Origin: a virus
IMG/VR virus record: IMGVR_UViG_3300035182_001904
Reading direction: 5' to 3' (one strand)
DNA: 64,000 nucleotides
Shown here: in pieces, positions 1 to 9,121 of the stretch
Layout: each line of letters opens with the position of its first letter
Numbering within the stretch: the stretch's first letter is position 1
Notes under the pieces: model-generated
The model's database searches: none
What the model was told of the DNA's origin: nothing
What the model saw: the letters and a program-made list of their open reading frames with translations, nothing else
Translations under genes and position numbers: made by a program

Positions 1-873
1 CAGCAATTCTCAGACTTCGGGCAGATGCGCATCGAGAACGACCAAGGGCGGACGTCGTTCGTGCTTCGCGCAGGTTCCAACCAGGCGACCCAGTCCGGGA
101 TGGACGAACAGCACTGGACGATCCGCTTGGACCTCGGCGCGACAGGTGATGTGTTGGATTTTCGAATCCTCGAGCCCGAGGGCAAGCTCTTGTTCCGGCT
201 CCATGCCGGCTCGGATGGGCGCGTGCAGATCTATGGGGATGGTGGCGTTGACCTGTCGTCTGGCGACAAGGGAACGTCCGAGATGCGGCACGATGTTGCA
301 GGGTCGAGGACCGCCACCGTCGGCGGAGACGAGACGCACGTCGTGGGCGGGAGCATGTCGTCCTCGATCGGGGCATCAGCAACCACCACGGTCAGCACCG
401 ACGAGACGCGATCGGTGGGGCGCAATTCGACCGCGTTCGTCGGGGGCGACCGCGATGTCGGCGTGAGCGGTGCTGAAACGCAAGCGATCGCAGGCAACCG
501 TGGCGTTCAAGTCGGCGGAGACGACACTGTCGACGTTAGCGGAAGTTCTACGTCCAAGGCAGGCAGCATCTACACGGTCGACGGCGGCACCGCAGTGAAG
601 CTAGGCGCCAACGCGGTCGAGCCAGTGATCAAGGGCACCGCGTACGGAAGTACGGTGATGTCGCCTCTCGGAGCCGCCGGCGCTGCTGCAGAAACGATTG
701 CAGCGACCGCCCTCGTGACGATCGCCCCGGACGCGTTTATCGGGTCACCAACCGCGCTCACCCTCACCGCAGTGACGCAGCTTGCAGGCGGGCTTGCCGC
801 TCTTGGCGCCCAGCTGTCTGCGATCGCGGCGGCATACCCAGGAACTCTCTCCACCAAGGTACGCACCGAGTAA
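1..873 (+). CDS. Baseplate spike protein, gp5/VgrG-like C-terminal beta-helix (5'-partial)
   Basis: Frame is open from base 1; 8-residue VxGxxxxx repeats (TATVGGDETHVVGG...VGRNSTAFVGGDRDVGVSG). Confidence 0.75.
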   Translation, partial: QQFSDFGQMRIENDQGRTSFVLRAGSNQATQSGMDEQHWTIRLDLGATGDVLDFRILEPEGKLLFRLHAGSDGRVQIYGDGGVDLSSGDKGTSEMRHDVAGSRTATVGGDETHVVGGSMSSSIGASATTTVSTDETRSVGRNSTAFVGGDRDVGVSGAETQAIAGNRGVQVGGDDTVDVSGSSTSKAGSIYTVDGGTAVKLGANAVEPVIKGTAYGSTVMSPLGAAGAAAETIAATALVTIAPDAFIGSPTALTLTAVTQLAGGLAALGAQLSAIAAAYPGTLSTKVRTE

Positions 874-875
874 CT

Positions 876-1034
876 ATGGTGGATGACCTCCGGTGGAGTG
901 GTACGCCTGCGCTAGGCGCTATCTTGGCAAAGATGGCTGAGTTGTATGCACGTGCAGTTCGCGTCGACCTAGAGAGGCGTCGACAGAACGCAGAGCGTGT
1001 GTTGGCGATGTTCAACAAGAGCGTGCCCAAATGA
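876..1034 (+). CDS. Small hypothetical protein (52 aa)
   Basis: ATG at 876 to TGA at 1034 (MVDDLRWSG...VPK); ATGA overlap with the next gene; below the ORF-track cutoff. Confidence 0.55.
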   Translation: MVDDLRWSGTPALGAILAKMAELYARAVRVDLERRRQNAERVLAMFNKSVPK

Positions 1035-2773
1035 CCTGGACCGCGGTCAACCCGAACCAGCTGATACCCAGCAACATGGTGACTGCGATCACCGCTATGG
1101 GTGACGTGCTCGCGGGTGCGTTGAGCATCGACAACCCCCTGACGGGGCTTCCACCATTGCCTTCAATAGGTATTGGACCGGATGCAGTGCTTCTGGTGGT
1201 CAACGCGATTCTTGATACCTTGACCGGCATCTTGAAAGCGGGACGTATCCACACGCTCGCGATTCCGATCGTCAAGACAGTTCCAAACCAACCCCCACCG
1301 GCGTTGCCGCCGACTCTGCGCGATCTTCAGGCAGGGTTGAACGCGGCGCTTGGACCGCCGACGACGGCGGCAGCAGACGCCTATACAAAGATGATTGTTC
1401 GTACAGGCGGGAATGCAGGGTTTTACAAAGCGTTTGCAACGGCAACGAACAACCCCCAGGACCCCAACCGTCCGCAATACGACAACAAGAAAGACGCTGT
1501 CGTCATGGCGGTGCTGCTTGTGGGGGCTCCGCGGTTCTCCTCGATTGCTTCGGCAGCGAGGACGCTCGACATCCTGACACGCCCCTCGGGCGACAACAGT
1601 TACATCGCCCGCACGATCCCTATCCCGCAGAACCTGATTGCAAAGGTAGTCGGGTCTTCGACCGCGCCTGGTATCGGTGTCCGTCTCGACTGGGACGCCC
1701 CAAGCCCAGTCAATACGCTGCGTTATTTCCCCGGCGTATCAATCGTCGTCAATCGATACGCGGTGATTCGAACGACAGACGCGAAAGCAGCACAAGCACG
1801 CACGGTCCTCGACCTATTTACTACCGCGACACTGTCCGAAGGTCTAACGTCCGGGAAAAACAAGGTTGTCAAAATCGGGTCAGGTAAGAACACCGCGTAT
1901 CTAGACACGGACGACGGCATCGATCGGTCAGTGCCCGTCTACTACTTCATCGCATGGGAATGCTCCGTTCAAGAGCATGGTGAGACCGTCACACTTCCTT
2001 TCGACCGCTTGTCAAACGTGTCCAAGATTGCGGTCAAAGCTCCGACGCCGCCACAGACGGGAAGTTCTCCCAGCTGGAAGGCGACAGACGCCGCGATTGA
2101 CGCATTCCCCGCGTTGAGCGATGCCGCACAACGTTTCCTTGCAGAAGCGAACGTCTTACTCAAACCGTCGGCACACTCGGCTTCACGCATCGGCGATGCC
2201 GTCAAACTGGCACAAGGTGCAGCCACACGGCTTGCTGCCAGGTCTACCGAACTGATCAACGACATCAAGCGCCTGTCGGCGGCGTTGTCAGCACCTATCC
2301 CAAGCCTCTACGTCACACAGATGTCGAGCGAAAAGGGTGGAACGGCGTTCTTGCTTGCGGAGCTGGCCAAGCGTTTGGGCGATACGACAGACGAAACGCG
2401 GCCACCGTTTGACAATGGTGAGTACGTATGCGGCGTGTGCTTTGTTGCAGGGGCTCCGCGTCTCGCGGACCTTGCCAAGGTGATCACCTTCTTCAATGCA
2501 ATCTTCGGGACGGCAACCGCCGCGAATCCGTTACTGGGCCTCCTCGCTTCGATCGACACCTTGGTGACCCAAGCGGAGACGGTCGTCTTCCAGCCCAACA
2601 TGACGCCATTCCCGTCGGGCACTGACCTTACCAGCGTCGACCCCGCGACCGGGAAACCCGTCGTCCCGACGACGCCTGCAATTGCTGCAGATGGAACGCC
2701 CGTGGCGACGCTCGACGCAGCAAACCCGAACGCGGGCGACACGAACGTCACGCCCACCTCGGAACTCTGCTGA
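1031..2773 (+). CDS. Hypothetical virion/baseplate-associated protein (580 aa)
   Basis: Long ORF coupled to the spike gene; no recognisable catalytic motif. Confidence 0.6.
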   Translation: MTWTAVNPNQLIPSNMVTAITAMGDVLAGALSIDNPLTGLPPLPSIGIGPDAVLLVVNAILDTLTGILKAGRIHTLAIPIVKTVPNQPPPALPPTLRDLQAGLNAALGPPTTAAADAYTKMIVRTGGNAGFYKAFATATNNPQDPNRPQYDNKKDAVVMAVLLVGAPRFSSIASAARTLDILTRPSGDNSYIARTIPIPQNLIAKVVGSSTAPGIGVRLDWDAPSPVNTLRYFPGVSIVVNRYAVIRTTDAKAAQARTVLDLFTTATLSEGLTSGKNKVVKIGSGKNTAYLDTDDGIDRSVPVYYFIAWECSVQEHGETVTLPFDRLSNVSKIAVKAPTPPQTGSSPSWKATDAAIDAFPALSDAAQRFLAEANVLLKPSAHSASRIGDAVKLAQGAATRLAARSTELINDIKRLSAALSAPIPSLYVTQMSSEKGGTAFLLAELAKRLGDTTDETRPPFDNGEYVCGVCFVAGAPRLADLAKVITFFNAIFGTATAANPLLGLLASIDTLVTQAETVVFQPNMTPFPSGTDLTSVDPATGKPVVPTTPAIAADGTPVATLDAANPNAGDTNVTPTSELC

Positions 2774-2802
2774 CCTCCGACTTGTTTATCGGGTAAGCGA
2801 CG

Positions 2803-2811
2803 CCTATCATT
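2803..2811 (+). promoter_or_regulatory. Putative -10-only late promoter CCTATCATT
   Basis: TATCAT lies 5 nt before the GTG at 2816; the motif recurs upstream of other structural genes. Confidence 0.55.
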
Positions 2812-2815
2812 CCGC

Positions 2816-3079
2816 GTGCCCAAAATCCGGGAGTACTCGTGCGACTGCGGGAATCGCTTCGAGTACATGCACATGACCGACGAGGATTTGGCAAAATGCC
2901 CCTCGTGCGGAGAACCTGTCACCAGCGCGGACGAGCTGCTGGGTGGCCACTCGTGCACGACGATCGTGCCTATGTCGCGCACCTCACTGAAGAACAAGGC
3001 AGGATACGTTCACACACACGCTGACCGTCCAGCCGAGAAGGGCTCGGTCTCGGTGCCACGCAACAAGGGAGATATCTGA
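2816..3079 (+). CDS. FmdB-family zinc-ribbon protein
   Basis: MPKIREYSCDCGNRFEY...CPSCG zinc-ribbon pattern. Confidence 0.75.
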   Translation: MPKIREYSCDCGNRFEYMHMTDEDLAKCPSCGEPVTSADELLGGHSCTTIVPMSRTSLKNKAGYVHTHADRPAEKGSVSVPRNKGDI

Positions 3080-3363
3080 TGGTGACTGCACTCAAAGATC
3101 TGCTCGCGTCGAAGAAGTTCCTCGTCCTACTGGCTGCGATCATCGTCGCGATCGCCAGCAAGCTGGGGCTCAACCTCGACCCCGACATGTTGACCCAGAT
3201 CATCGCTCTCGCGGGCGCCTACATCGTGGGTCAGGGAATCGCCGATCATGGCAAAGAAGCCGCCAAGATCAACGCGGCAGCAAACGACAACGCTGCTCCG
3301 GCCGCTCCGGCCGCTCCGGCCGCTCCGGCTGCTCCGGGCGCTGCAACCACAGTCGCGGTCTGA
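3079..3363 (+). CDS. Holin-like small membrane protein with a PAA-repeat tail
   Basis: LLASKKFLVLLAAIIV and second TM LAGAYIVGQGIADHGK; 9-bp GCTCCGGCC repeats at about 3295-3340. Confidence 0.65.
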   Translation: MVTALKDLLASKKFLVLLAAIIVAIASKLGLNLDPDMLTQIIALAGAYIVGQGIADHGKEAAKINAAANDNAAPAAPAAPAAPAAPGAATTVAV

Positions 3364-3374
3364 AGGAGTCCGTC

Positions 3375-3824
3375 ATGAACAAAATCTTCGTCATCGCTCT
3401 CACGTTCTTCATCGCGACGTCCTCTGGCTGCGGTGCCGCCCAGGACTGCAAGAAGCCCGAGAACATGAACTCGGTAACGTGCACCGCGCTCAACAGCGTC
3501 ATCGACTGCACCAAGGGCGAGCTGCCCGCCGTGATCATGCAGTTCGGTCCTGTGGTCAGCCAGCTCATCGACGAGGCAACGGGCGCCGACGGTACGGTCG
3601 ACTGGGCACACGTCGAGAAGATGCTCGGCTCGCTCGGCGCCGCGTATGGCACGTGCGTGCTCGGCACCATCATCCAGAACTACATGGCGTCGCCGCCGAA
3701 GCTCTCGCCGGGTGAAGTGAAGCCGTCGGTGGCTGCACTCAAGGACGGCCTGAACCACACGCGCGCGACCCTGTGGAAGCTCGACCCGAAGGTGAAGATC
3801 CACACCGCCAAGGGGGACCTGTGA
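3375..3824 (+). CDS. Putative lipoprotein/secreted protein
   Basis: Signal-like N-terminus ending SSGC. Confidence 0.55.
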   Translation: MNKIFVIALTFFIATSSGCGAAQDCKKPENMNSVTCTALNSVIDCTKGELPAVIMQFGPVVSQLIDEATGADGTVDWAHVEKMLGSLGAAYGTCVLGTIIQNYMASPPKLSPGEVKPSVAALKDGLNHTRATLWKLDPKVKIHTAKGDL

Positions 3825-4606
3825 GCACCACCCAGATCGCCGGCGTCACCCGCAAGCTCAACTGGAAGCGTCAGCCGTCCGATCCGCGCGACCTCGTGCT
3901 CGTGCACAGTCCTGCGTTGATGGCGGCGCTACCGCCACACGCGACCACACGCACGCGCGCAGAGCCGCCGATCCGTGATCAGGGCCAGCTCGGTAGCTGC
4001 ACGCAGAACGCCGGCGCCGAGGCCATGGGCTTCGCGTACATGGTCGCGACGGGCAAGCCTGACCCGATGTTCTCGCGCCTGTTCGGCTACTACCGTACAC
4101 GTGTGAACATCGAGGGCAACCCGCCGTCCGAGGACAGCGGCTGCAACGTGCGTGACGTGTTCCGTGCGTACCGCCGGTTCGGCATCTGCCTCGAGCAGAC
4201 GTGGCCGTATGACGTCTCGAAGTTCGAGATCGAGCCCAACGCCTCGGCCGTTGCCGAGGCGCTCAATCACCAGGCGCTCAAGTTCTACGCGTGCATGACC
4301 CTGCACGCGATCAAAAAAAGCATCGCGGATGGCTGGCCCGTCATCTTCGGCTTCGACTGCTTCGACTCGCTCGACAGCGAGGAGACCGCGCGCACCGGCG
4401 TCATCCCGCTGCCGAAGTACGGCGAGGGGTCCATCGGCGGCCACTGCATGATGTTCGACAGCTACGACGACGCAACCCAGCTGTTCTCGGGTCCCAACTC
4501 GTGGGGCACGGGCTGGGGAGACCACGGGCGCTTCCACCTGCCGTACGGGTACTGGGAGCAGGGATACGCCTCGGACGCGCACACGCTTCGCCAAGAAGAG
4601 ATCTGA
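3821..4606 (+). CDS. Papain-like (C1 family) cysteine peptidase
   Basis: DQGQLGSC (Gln/Cys), GGHCMM (His), NSWGTGWGDHG (Asn); GTG start overlaps the upstream TGA. Confidence 0.9.
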   Translation: MSTTQIAGVTRKLNWKRQPSDPRDLVLVHSPALMAALPPHATTRTRAEPPIRDQGQLGSCTQNAGAEAMGFAYMVATGKPDPMFSRLFGYYRTRVNIEGNPPSEDSGCNVRDVFRAYRRFGICLEQTWPYDVSKFEIEPNASAVAEALNHQALKFYACMTLHAIKKSIADGWPVIFGFDCFDSLDSEETARTGVIPLPKYGEGSIGGHCMMFDSYDDATQLFSGPNSWGTGWGDHGRFHLPYGYWEQGYASDAHTLRQEEI

Positions 4607-4616
4607 CGCGTAACCG

Positions 4617-4625
4617 CCTATAATT
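4617..4625 (+). promoter_or_regulatory. Putative -10-only late promoter CCTATAATT
   Basis: TATAAT at 4619-4624 lies 6 nt before the ATG at 4631; no RBS. Confidence 0.65.
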
Positions 4626-4630
4626 AGGCC

Positions 4631-4996
4631 ATGGCGCAGAACCTGACCGTCGCTGGTGCGGCCGCGATCCCTCTCGAGGACGGGGGTGCCACTGCACCTA
4701 TCAACCTGGCGGTCGCGCTCGGTTTCACGTCGCGTGTGGACTTCCAGCGGTCCTACTCAGGCGCCGTCACCGACGACGTCGTCAACTTCGGCACGCTCGC
4801 GCTCGCGGGCGCCAAAGGCCTCATCGTGAAGTGCACCGCCGGTGGCTGCACGATCAAGTTCAACGGCGGCCTCGACGCGTGGCCCCTCGCGCCAGGAGGC
4901 TACTTCATCTGGATCAACACCGCGCAGGCGTTCCCGACCGCGGCGTTGATCACGACCACGGGCGCAGCCGCGGTCCTCTTCATCGCGGTGGGATGA
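4631..4996 (+). CDS. Hypothetical virion protein
   Basis: 121-aa beta-rich ORF after the promoter motif. Confidence 0.6.
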   Translation: MAQNLTVAGAAAIPLEDGGATAPINLAVALGFTSRVDFQRSYSGAVTDDVVNFGTLALAGAKGLIVKCTAGGCTIKFNGGLDAWPLAPGGYFIWINTAQAFPTAALITTTGAAAVLFIAVG

Positions 4997-4999
4997 CCC

Positions 5000-5473
5000 G
5001 TGCTGCGCACGGCGTTCCAACGCGGCCGTGAAGGCGCACTTGCACGCTTCGGCGTGAAGGTTGCAGCGGTTCCGCTCGCACGTCCGATGCCTGCCGCCAA
5101 GGGCCTCGCAACGCCTCATGCGGCACCTACAGCGGCACCCTACACACCGTCAGGCCCGCCGGGCCATGCAGACACGGTGCAGCAGTTCGCCGCGCGCGAT
5201 AAGCAGCACGCGATGGAGATGCGCGAACCGCTGATGGCGGACGTTCACAACATGGCAGCACAGCACATGGCACAGCCGAGCCCCGCAGTCCCGACGCCTG
5301 CGCCTGCTGCAGGCCCCTCAGGGATGCAGCGCTTCATGCGTCCGGTGAAACGCGGCCTCGGGCTTGCTGCACTCGGAGCAGGCGGCGCGCTTGCCTACGG
5401 CCTCCATCAACAGAACCAAGAAGACCGCGACAAGCGGTCGCTCGTGTACGCACCGTTGCAGGGGGCTTACTGA
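5000..5473 (+). CDS. Low-complexity Ala/Pro-rich protein with K-x-A motif (putative internal head protein)
   Basis: ARFGVKVAA near the N-terminus; Pro/Ala-rich; hydrophobic segment near the C-terminus. Confidence 0.55.
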   Translation: MLRTAFQRGREGALARFGVKVAAVPLARPMPAAKGLATPHAAPTAAPYTPSGPPGHADTVQQFAARDKQHAMEMREPLMADVHNMAAQHMAQPSPAVPTPAPAAGPSGMQRFMRPVKRGLGLAALGAGGALAYGLHQQNQEDRDKRSLVYAPLQGAY

Positions 5474-5787
5474 TGACACTCAAGCAGGCGTACACGAAGG
5501 GTCGGCGCGACGCGTTCAAGAAGTTCGCACTCGGGCCACCGACGCAGGTCGATCAGTTCGTCGCGAGCGTCGAGCACGGCAAGGACGTTCCACCCGAAGC
5601 GGGCATGCCTCCGATGTCTCACGTGCCAGGGGGCACGCTACCTGCGCTCGACGGCACCGTCCCGCTCGACATGTCGACGTCGCCGCCGACGCCCCCGGGT
5701 CTCGGGTCCACGGTTGGAACACCGCCCGCGCTCGCAGGAGATCCCGCCATGCAGCCACCGCCCTCGATGGGCGCCTTGGGCGGGTGA
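5473..5787 (+). CDS. Pro-rich protein with K-x-A motif
   Basis: AYTKGRRDAFKKFALG N-terminus; TGATG overlap. Confidence 0.55.
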   Translation: MTLKQAYTKGRRDAFKKFALGPPTQVDQFVASVEHGKDVPPEAGMPPMSHVPGGTLPALDGTVPLDMSTSPPTPPGLGSTVGTPPALAGDPAMQPPPSMGALGG

Positions 5788-5790
5788 CCT

Positions 5791-8091
5791 GTGGGTTCCG
5801 GCTGGGTCAAGTTCGCGATCCTTGGCAGCACGTACGCGCGTGCGCTGCAGAACCGCGCCGTGCGCACACACGGTGCCGAGAACGTCAACCCATCGACGTT
5901 CGCCGCGACTGCGGCGCAGCCCCAAGCGCGCTTCGACACAGACCTCTCGTCGTACGCACGACAGCGTGGTGCGCTTGTGCCGACGCAGCAGAGCCGTGCG
6001 ATGTCCGGGCTCGCACATGATCTGCCGTGGCAGGGCGAGGAGCACCAGGCTCCCGTGAGCGCGTACGGTGCCGCGAACAAGATGCTCGAGGCGCGCGGGC
6101 TCTCACACAACGCGCGCCCGCCAGAAACGACGTCACACCAACGAATCGAACAGGCGTTCGGCAAACCAACCGAGGCGAGTGGTGGCACGGAAGTCGGGCG
6201 CGCACGTTTGAACGCGCGCCCACAAGGTCCGAACCCGCTGCAACACCTCGACCAGTGGCAGCACGAGAACCCAGACAAGCCGCGCAACTGGATGCCGCCC
6301 GCCGGGGGCGCTGCGGTTCAACCCGCACAACAACAACAACAGACGCACGCGCAGACGCAGGTGGGCTCGATGAGCGGCTGGAAGCCTCAGGCAACCACGA
6401 GTCCGATCACGACGACACGTCCTGCGGGGTCACCTTCGACAACGCAGCTCCTGCGAGACATGCGCGCCGAGCACGCGCCCGCGATGGCGGCGCCAGGCGG
6501 CGCCTCGACCGCCGTGTTGACCAAGCGGCCAGCGCCGAACATGGCGACGCAAGTCCTCAAGGCAGGCGCCGCTCGATTCAAGATCGCAAACCCTGCGTCT
6601 CTCATGACAAGCATCGGGCTTCCGCTTGCCGTGGGCGGAAGCATGTTGCTCAACAAGCCCGGCATCAAAGCGGACATCGCAGATCGTCTACACGGGCAAG
6701 GCGACATTCATCAAAAGGACGTCGCACAGGCGATCCCCGAAGAGCTGCAGGGCACTGCAGCACGCGCTGCACAAGCGCTCGCGGAACGTGGCATCGACCC
6801 CAAGGCTATGCGTTTCGCGGTCGACGCACCGTCGGGGGCAGGCAAGACCGTCTTGTCGAAGGCGTTGGCGCAGCAGATGGGGTTGCAGCACCACGGACTC
6901 GACTGGCGTCCGCACCTGCGTCTCCACCAGTTGATGGGCGGTGGAGACATCGAGAAGATGCCGTACACCCCGCATGCGGGCGAAGTCCTCGAGCACCAGC
7001 AACTCTTGCGCAGCTACGACCCGGAGATGTTCGACGTCGCGCTTCACATCCACAAGGATCCGAACACCATCAAGCAGCAGGTGCTCAAGCGGGGACGTGG
7101 GGCACGGACCGCAGACCTCCTCGACTACGACAAGTCGATCGACGTCGGTCGCAAGGCGTTCGAGACGCTCGGTGGAGAGCCGATCGATCTGGGCGGCGGC
7201 ATCATCATGAAGGTTCGTCCGCAAGAGGGCTGGGGCAACCAGCTCGAGCAGCGACTGGCCCAGCAGGGCATCGACGCCACGGGCCTCACACGGCACCAGA
7301 AGCTGCTCTCGCTGCACAGCGGCAAGCGCGAAGAACATGGCGCGGGCTGGACGCCGTACATAAAGAACCCGTTCTCGGGCGCGGAAACGTCTGCGCTGGG
7401 ATCGACGGGACCATTGGGCGCGTCGATCGCGGGGATGCTTGGAAAACAAGCAAGCCGACGAAGCGATGAACGGGAGGCGCGTCATACCGCGATCGCAGGA
7501 GGTGCTGCAGTGGGTGGGCACCTATTGAAGGGACTGATGCATCGCGCCACTGATGCGCTCGTTACCAAAGAACGCACGCCAAAAAATCTAGAAAACACAG
7601 TTCAGACATTTGCAAAGAGAATGCTGCCAGCAGACGCTGAAAACGATCTGAACGTGTATGTTGGGCCGCATCTGGATGAGGGTGCTGGAAAGCGCCTTCT
7701 TAACCTAAAACCAACAAGTTCAGATGCGGCTGTTGCGCATGAGTTGGGGCACGTTTCGAACTACGAATCCCCGTTGACCAAGTGGAGACCGTCGACAGTT
7801 CCATTGGACAACGTTCTCCCTTACACAGGCATGGGTGCAACTGGGTATGGCATTATGGCAAAACACCCAAGCTATGCTCCTGCGCTTGCACATCTCGCTG
7901 TGTCATCGCCGAGGCTTCTAGACGAGGGCCTAGCGAGTCTACGTGCGTCAAAGCACCTAATCAGTGAACACGGCGTGCGCGGTTTGGGACAAGCCCTATC
8001 GTTGGCATTTCCGTTTGGAACGTATGCACTTCCTGCTGCAATGCCGCTGGGCATAACCGCACTCAAACGGCACCTCGACGATAACGACTAA
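5791..8091 (+). CDS. Multidomain protein: disordered N-terminus + P-loop kinase-like domain + HExxH zinc metallopeptidase-like domain
   Basis: DAPSGAGKT Walker A; AVAHELGHV with downstream LLDEGLAS; KFA/KIA/KQA at domain borders. Confidence 0.65.
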   Translation: MGSGWVKFAILGSTYARALQNRAVRTHGAENVNPSTFAATAAQPQARFDTDLSSYARQRGALVPTQQSRAMSGLAHDLPWQGEEHQAPVSAYGAANKMLEARGLSHNARPPETTSHQRIEQAFGKPTEASGGTEVGRARLNARPQGPNPLQHLDQWQHENPDKPRNWMPPAGGAAVQPAQQQQQTHAQTQVGSMSGWKPQATTSPITTTRPAGSPSTTQLLRDMRAEHAPAMAAPGGASTAVLTKRPAPNMATQVLKAGAARFKIANPASLMTSIGLPLAVGGSMLLNKPGIKADIADRLHGQGDIHQKDVAQAIPEELQGTAARAAQALAERGIDPKAMRFAVDAPSGAGKTVLSKALAQQMGLQHHGLDWRPHLRLHQLMGGGDIEKMPYTPHAGEVLEHQQLLRSYDPEMFDVALHIHKDPNTIKQQVLKRGRGARTADLLDYDKSIDVGRKAFETLGGEPIDLGGGIIMKVRPQEGWGNQLEQRLAQQGIDATGLTRHQKLLSLHSGKREEHGAGWTPYIKNPFSGAETSALGSTGPLGASIAGMLGKQASRRSDEREARHTAIAGGAAVGGHLLKGLMHRATDALVTKERTPKNLENTVQTFAKRMLPADAENDLNVYVGPHLDEGAGKRLLNLKPTSSDAAVAHELGHVSNYESPLTKWRPSTVPLDNVLPYTGMGATGYGIMAKHPSYAPALAHLAVSSPRLLDEGLASLRASKHLISEHGVRGLGQALSLAFPFGTYALPAAMPLGITALKRHLDDND

Positions 8092-8312
8092 GGCTTGTCG
8101 TCGACGATCGCCACGAGGTCGTCCGCCTCGAGCGTCTGCCCACACGCGGCCAGCCACGTAACCTCGCCATCGACAGGAGTCTCCACTGGAAACTCCGTCT
8201 TCATGACCTCGCAGATGAGCAACGTGGTGCCCGCGACAACACGCTGACCTACGCCCACCGAGTGTGTCCACACGCTGCCCCCGACAGGGGACCGGATCGA
8301 ATGCTTGGCCAT
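8088..8312 (-). CDS. Standalone biotinyl/lipoyl-carrier domain protein
   Basis: IRSPVGGSVW...VGVGQRV...EVMKTEFPVETPVDGEV: the biotin-carrier pattern with an MK acceptor. Confidence 0.85.
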   Translation of the reverse strand: MAKHSIRSPVGGSVWTHSVGVGQRVVAGTTLLICEVMKTEFPVETPVDGEVTWLAACGQTLEADDLVAIVDDKP

Positions 8313-8326
8313 GTTTACTAGATAAA

Positions 8327-8788
8327 CTAGAACACAGACCCGCGCACGAAGACACGCAAGAATTCGGTGGGCTCCGAACCGACGTTCTTCACTTGGACAC
8401 GAAAGTAGCGCCCGAAGATGGTGCAGAAGTACTTGCCGGTGGGACCCTGCTTGGCCGGTTCGTACATCTGCTTGAGGGCCTCCGCGTCGAAGTTCAAGCT
8501 CGAGATGTTGTCGTCGGTGACGTAGAAACCCTGCGCGTCGGTCTCTTCGTTCGAGAACGACAGCGTCATCTCGAGCGGTTGATCCGACGCGACCGAGCCG
8601 TAGAACCGTGTGAACGGCTGAGCATCGTGAAACGCTGAAACGACGGTGCCGGGCTCAAGCGGCTTCTCGAAACGGTTCAGCGTCGAGAACCGAGGCTGTC
8701 CAAAAAAGGGCGTCTGATCGGGCGGCGGAGGCTGCACCCACGCGAAGATCAGGTTGAAGGAGTTCTTGGGGTAGTGCGTGAACGGCAC
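8327..8788 (-). CDS. Hypothetical protein
   Basis: 153-aa ORF in an operon with its neighbours. Confidence 0.55.
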   Translation of the reverse strand: MPFTHYPKNSFNLIFAWVQPPPPDQTPFFGQPRFSTLNRFEKPLEPGTVVSAFHDAQPFTRFYGSVASDQPLEMTLSFSNEETDAQGFYVTDDNISSLNFDAEALKQMYEPAKQGPTGKYFCTIFGRYFRVQVKNVGSEPTEFLRVFVRGSVF

Positions 8789-8789
8789 G

Positions 8790-9110
8790 TCAGCCTCCCA
8801 ACTCTTCGTCGGTAGGTGAAGGTGTCTTGGGCTCGAGCAGGTTCAACGAGAGCCCGTTGACGACGAACGCGGTCATCCCAAGCTGTGTGCAATACCAGAA
8901 CCCCGCCACCGTCACGCGGTCGTCCCAAGACGTGCCTGCGGCCACATCGAACCACGCCTGTCGATCGAAGCTGATCCACAACGTGTTCGTTCCGGTGTTG
9001 CGCATCGAGACCTGCCGCGTGGAGGTCTCGAACTTGTGATACCGGATGGTCGCACGCGCGACGCATTCGGCCGGCATTGCCTGGCCGGCGTCGGCGTGAT
9101 GCGACCCCAC
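8790..9110 (-). CDS. Hypothetical protein
   Basis: 106-aa ORF with tight spacing to its neighbours. Confidence 0.5.
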   Translation of the reverse strand: MGSHHADAGQAMPAECVARATIRYHKFETSTRQVSMRNTGTNTLWISFDRQAWFDVAAGTSWDDRVTVAGFWYCTQLGMTAFVVNGLSLNLLEPKTPSPTDEELGG

Positions 9111-9121
9111 CTACGAAGAAC

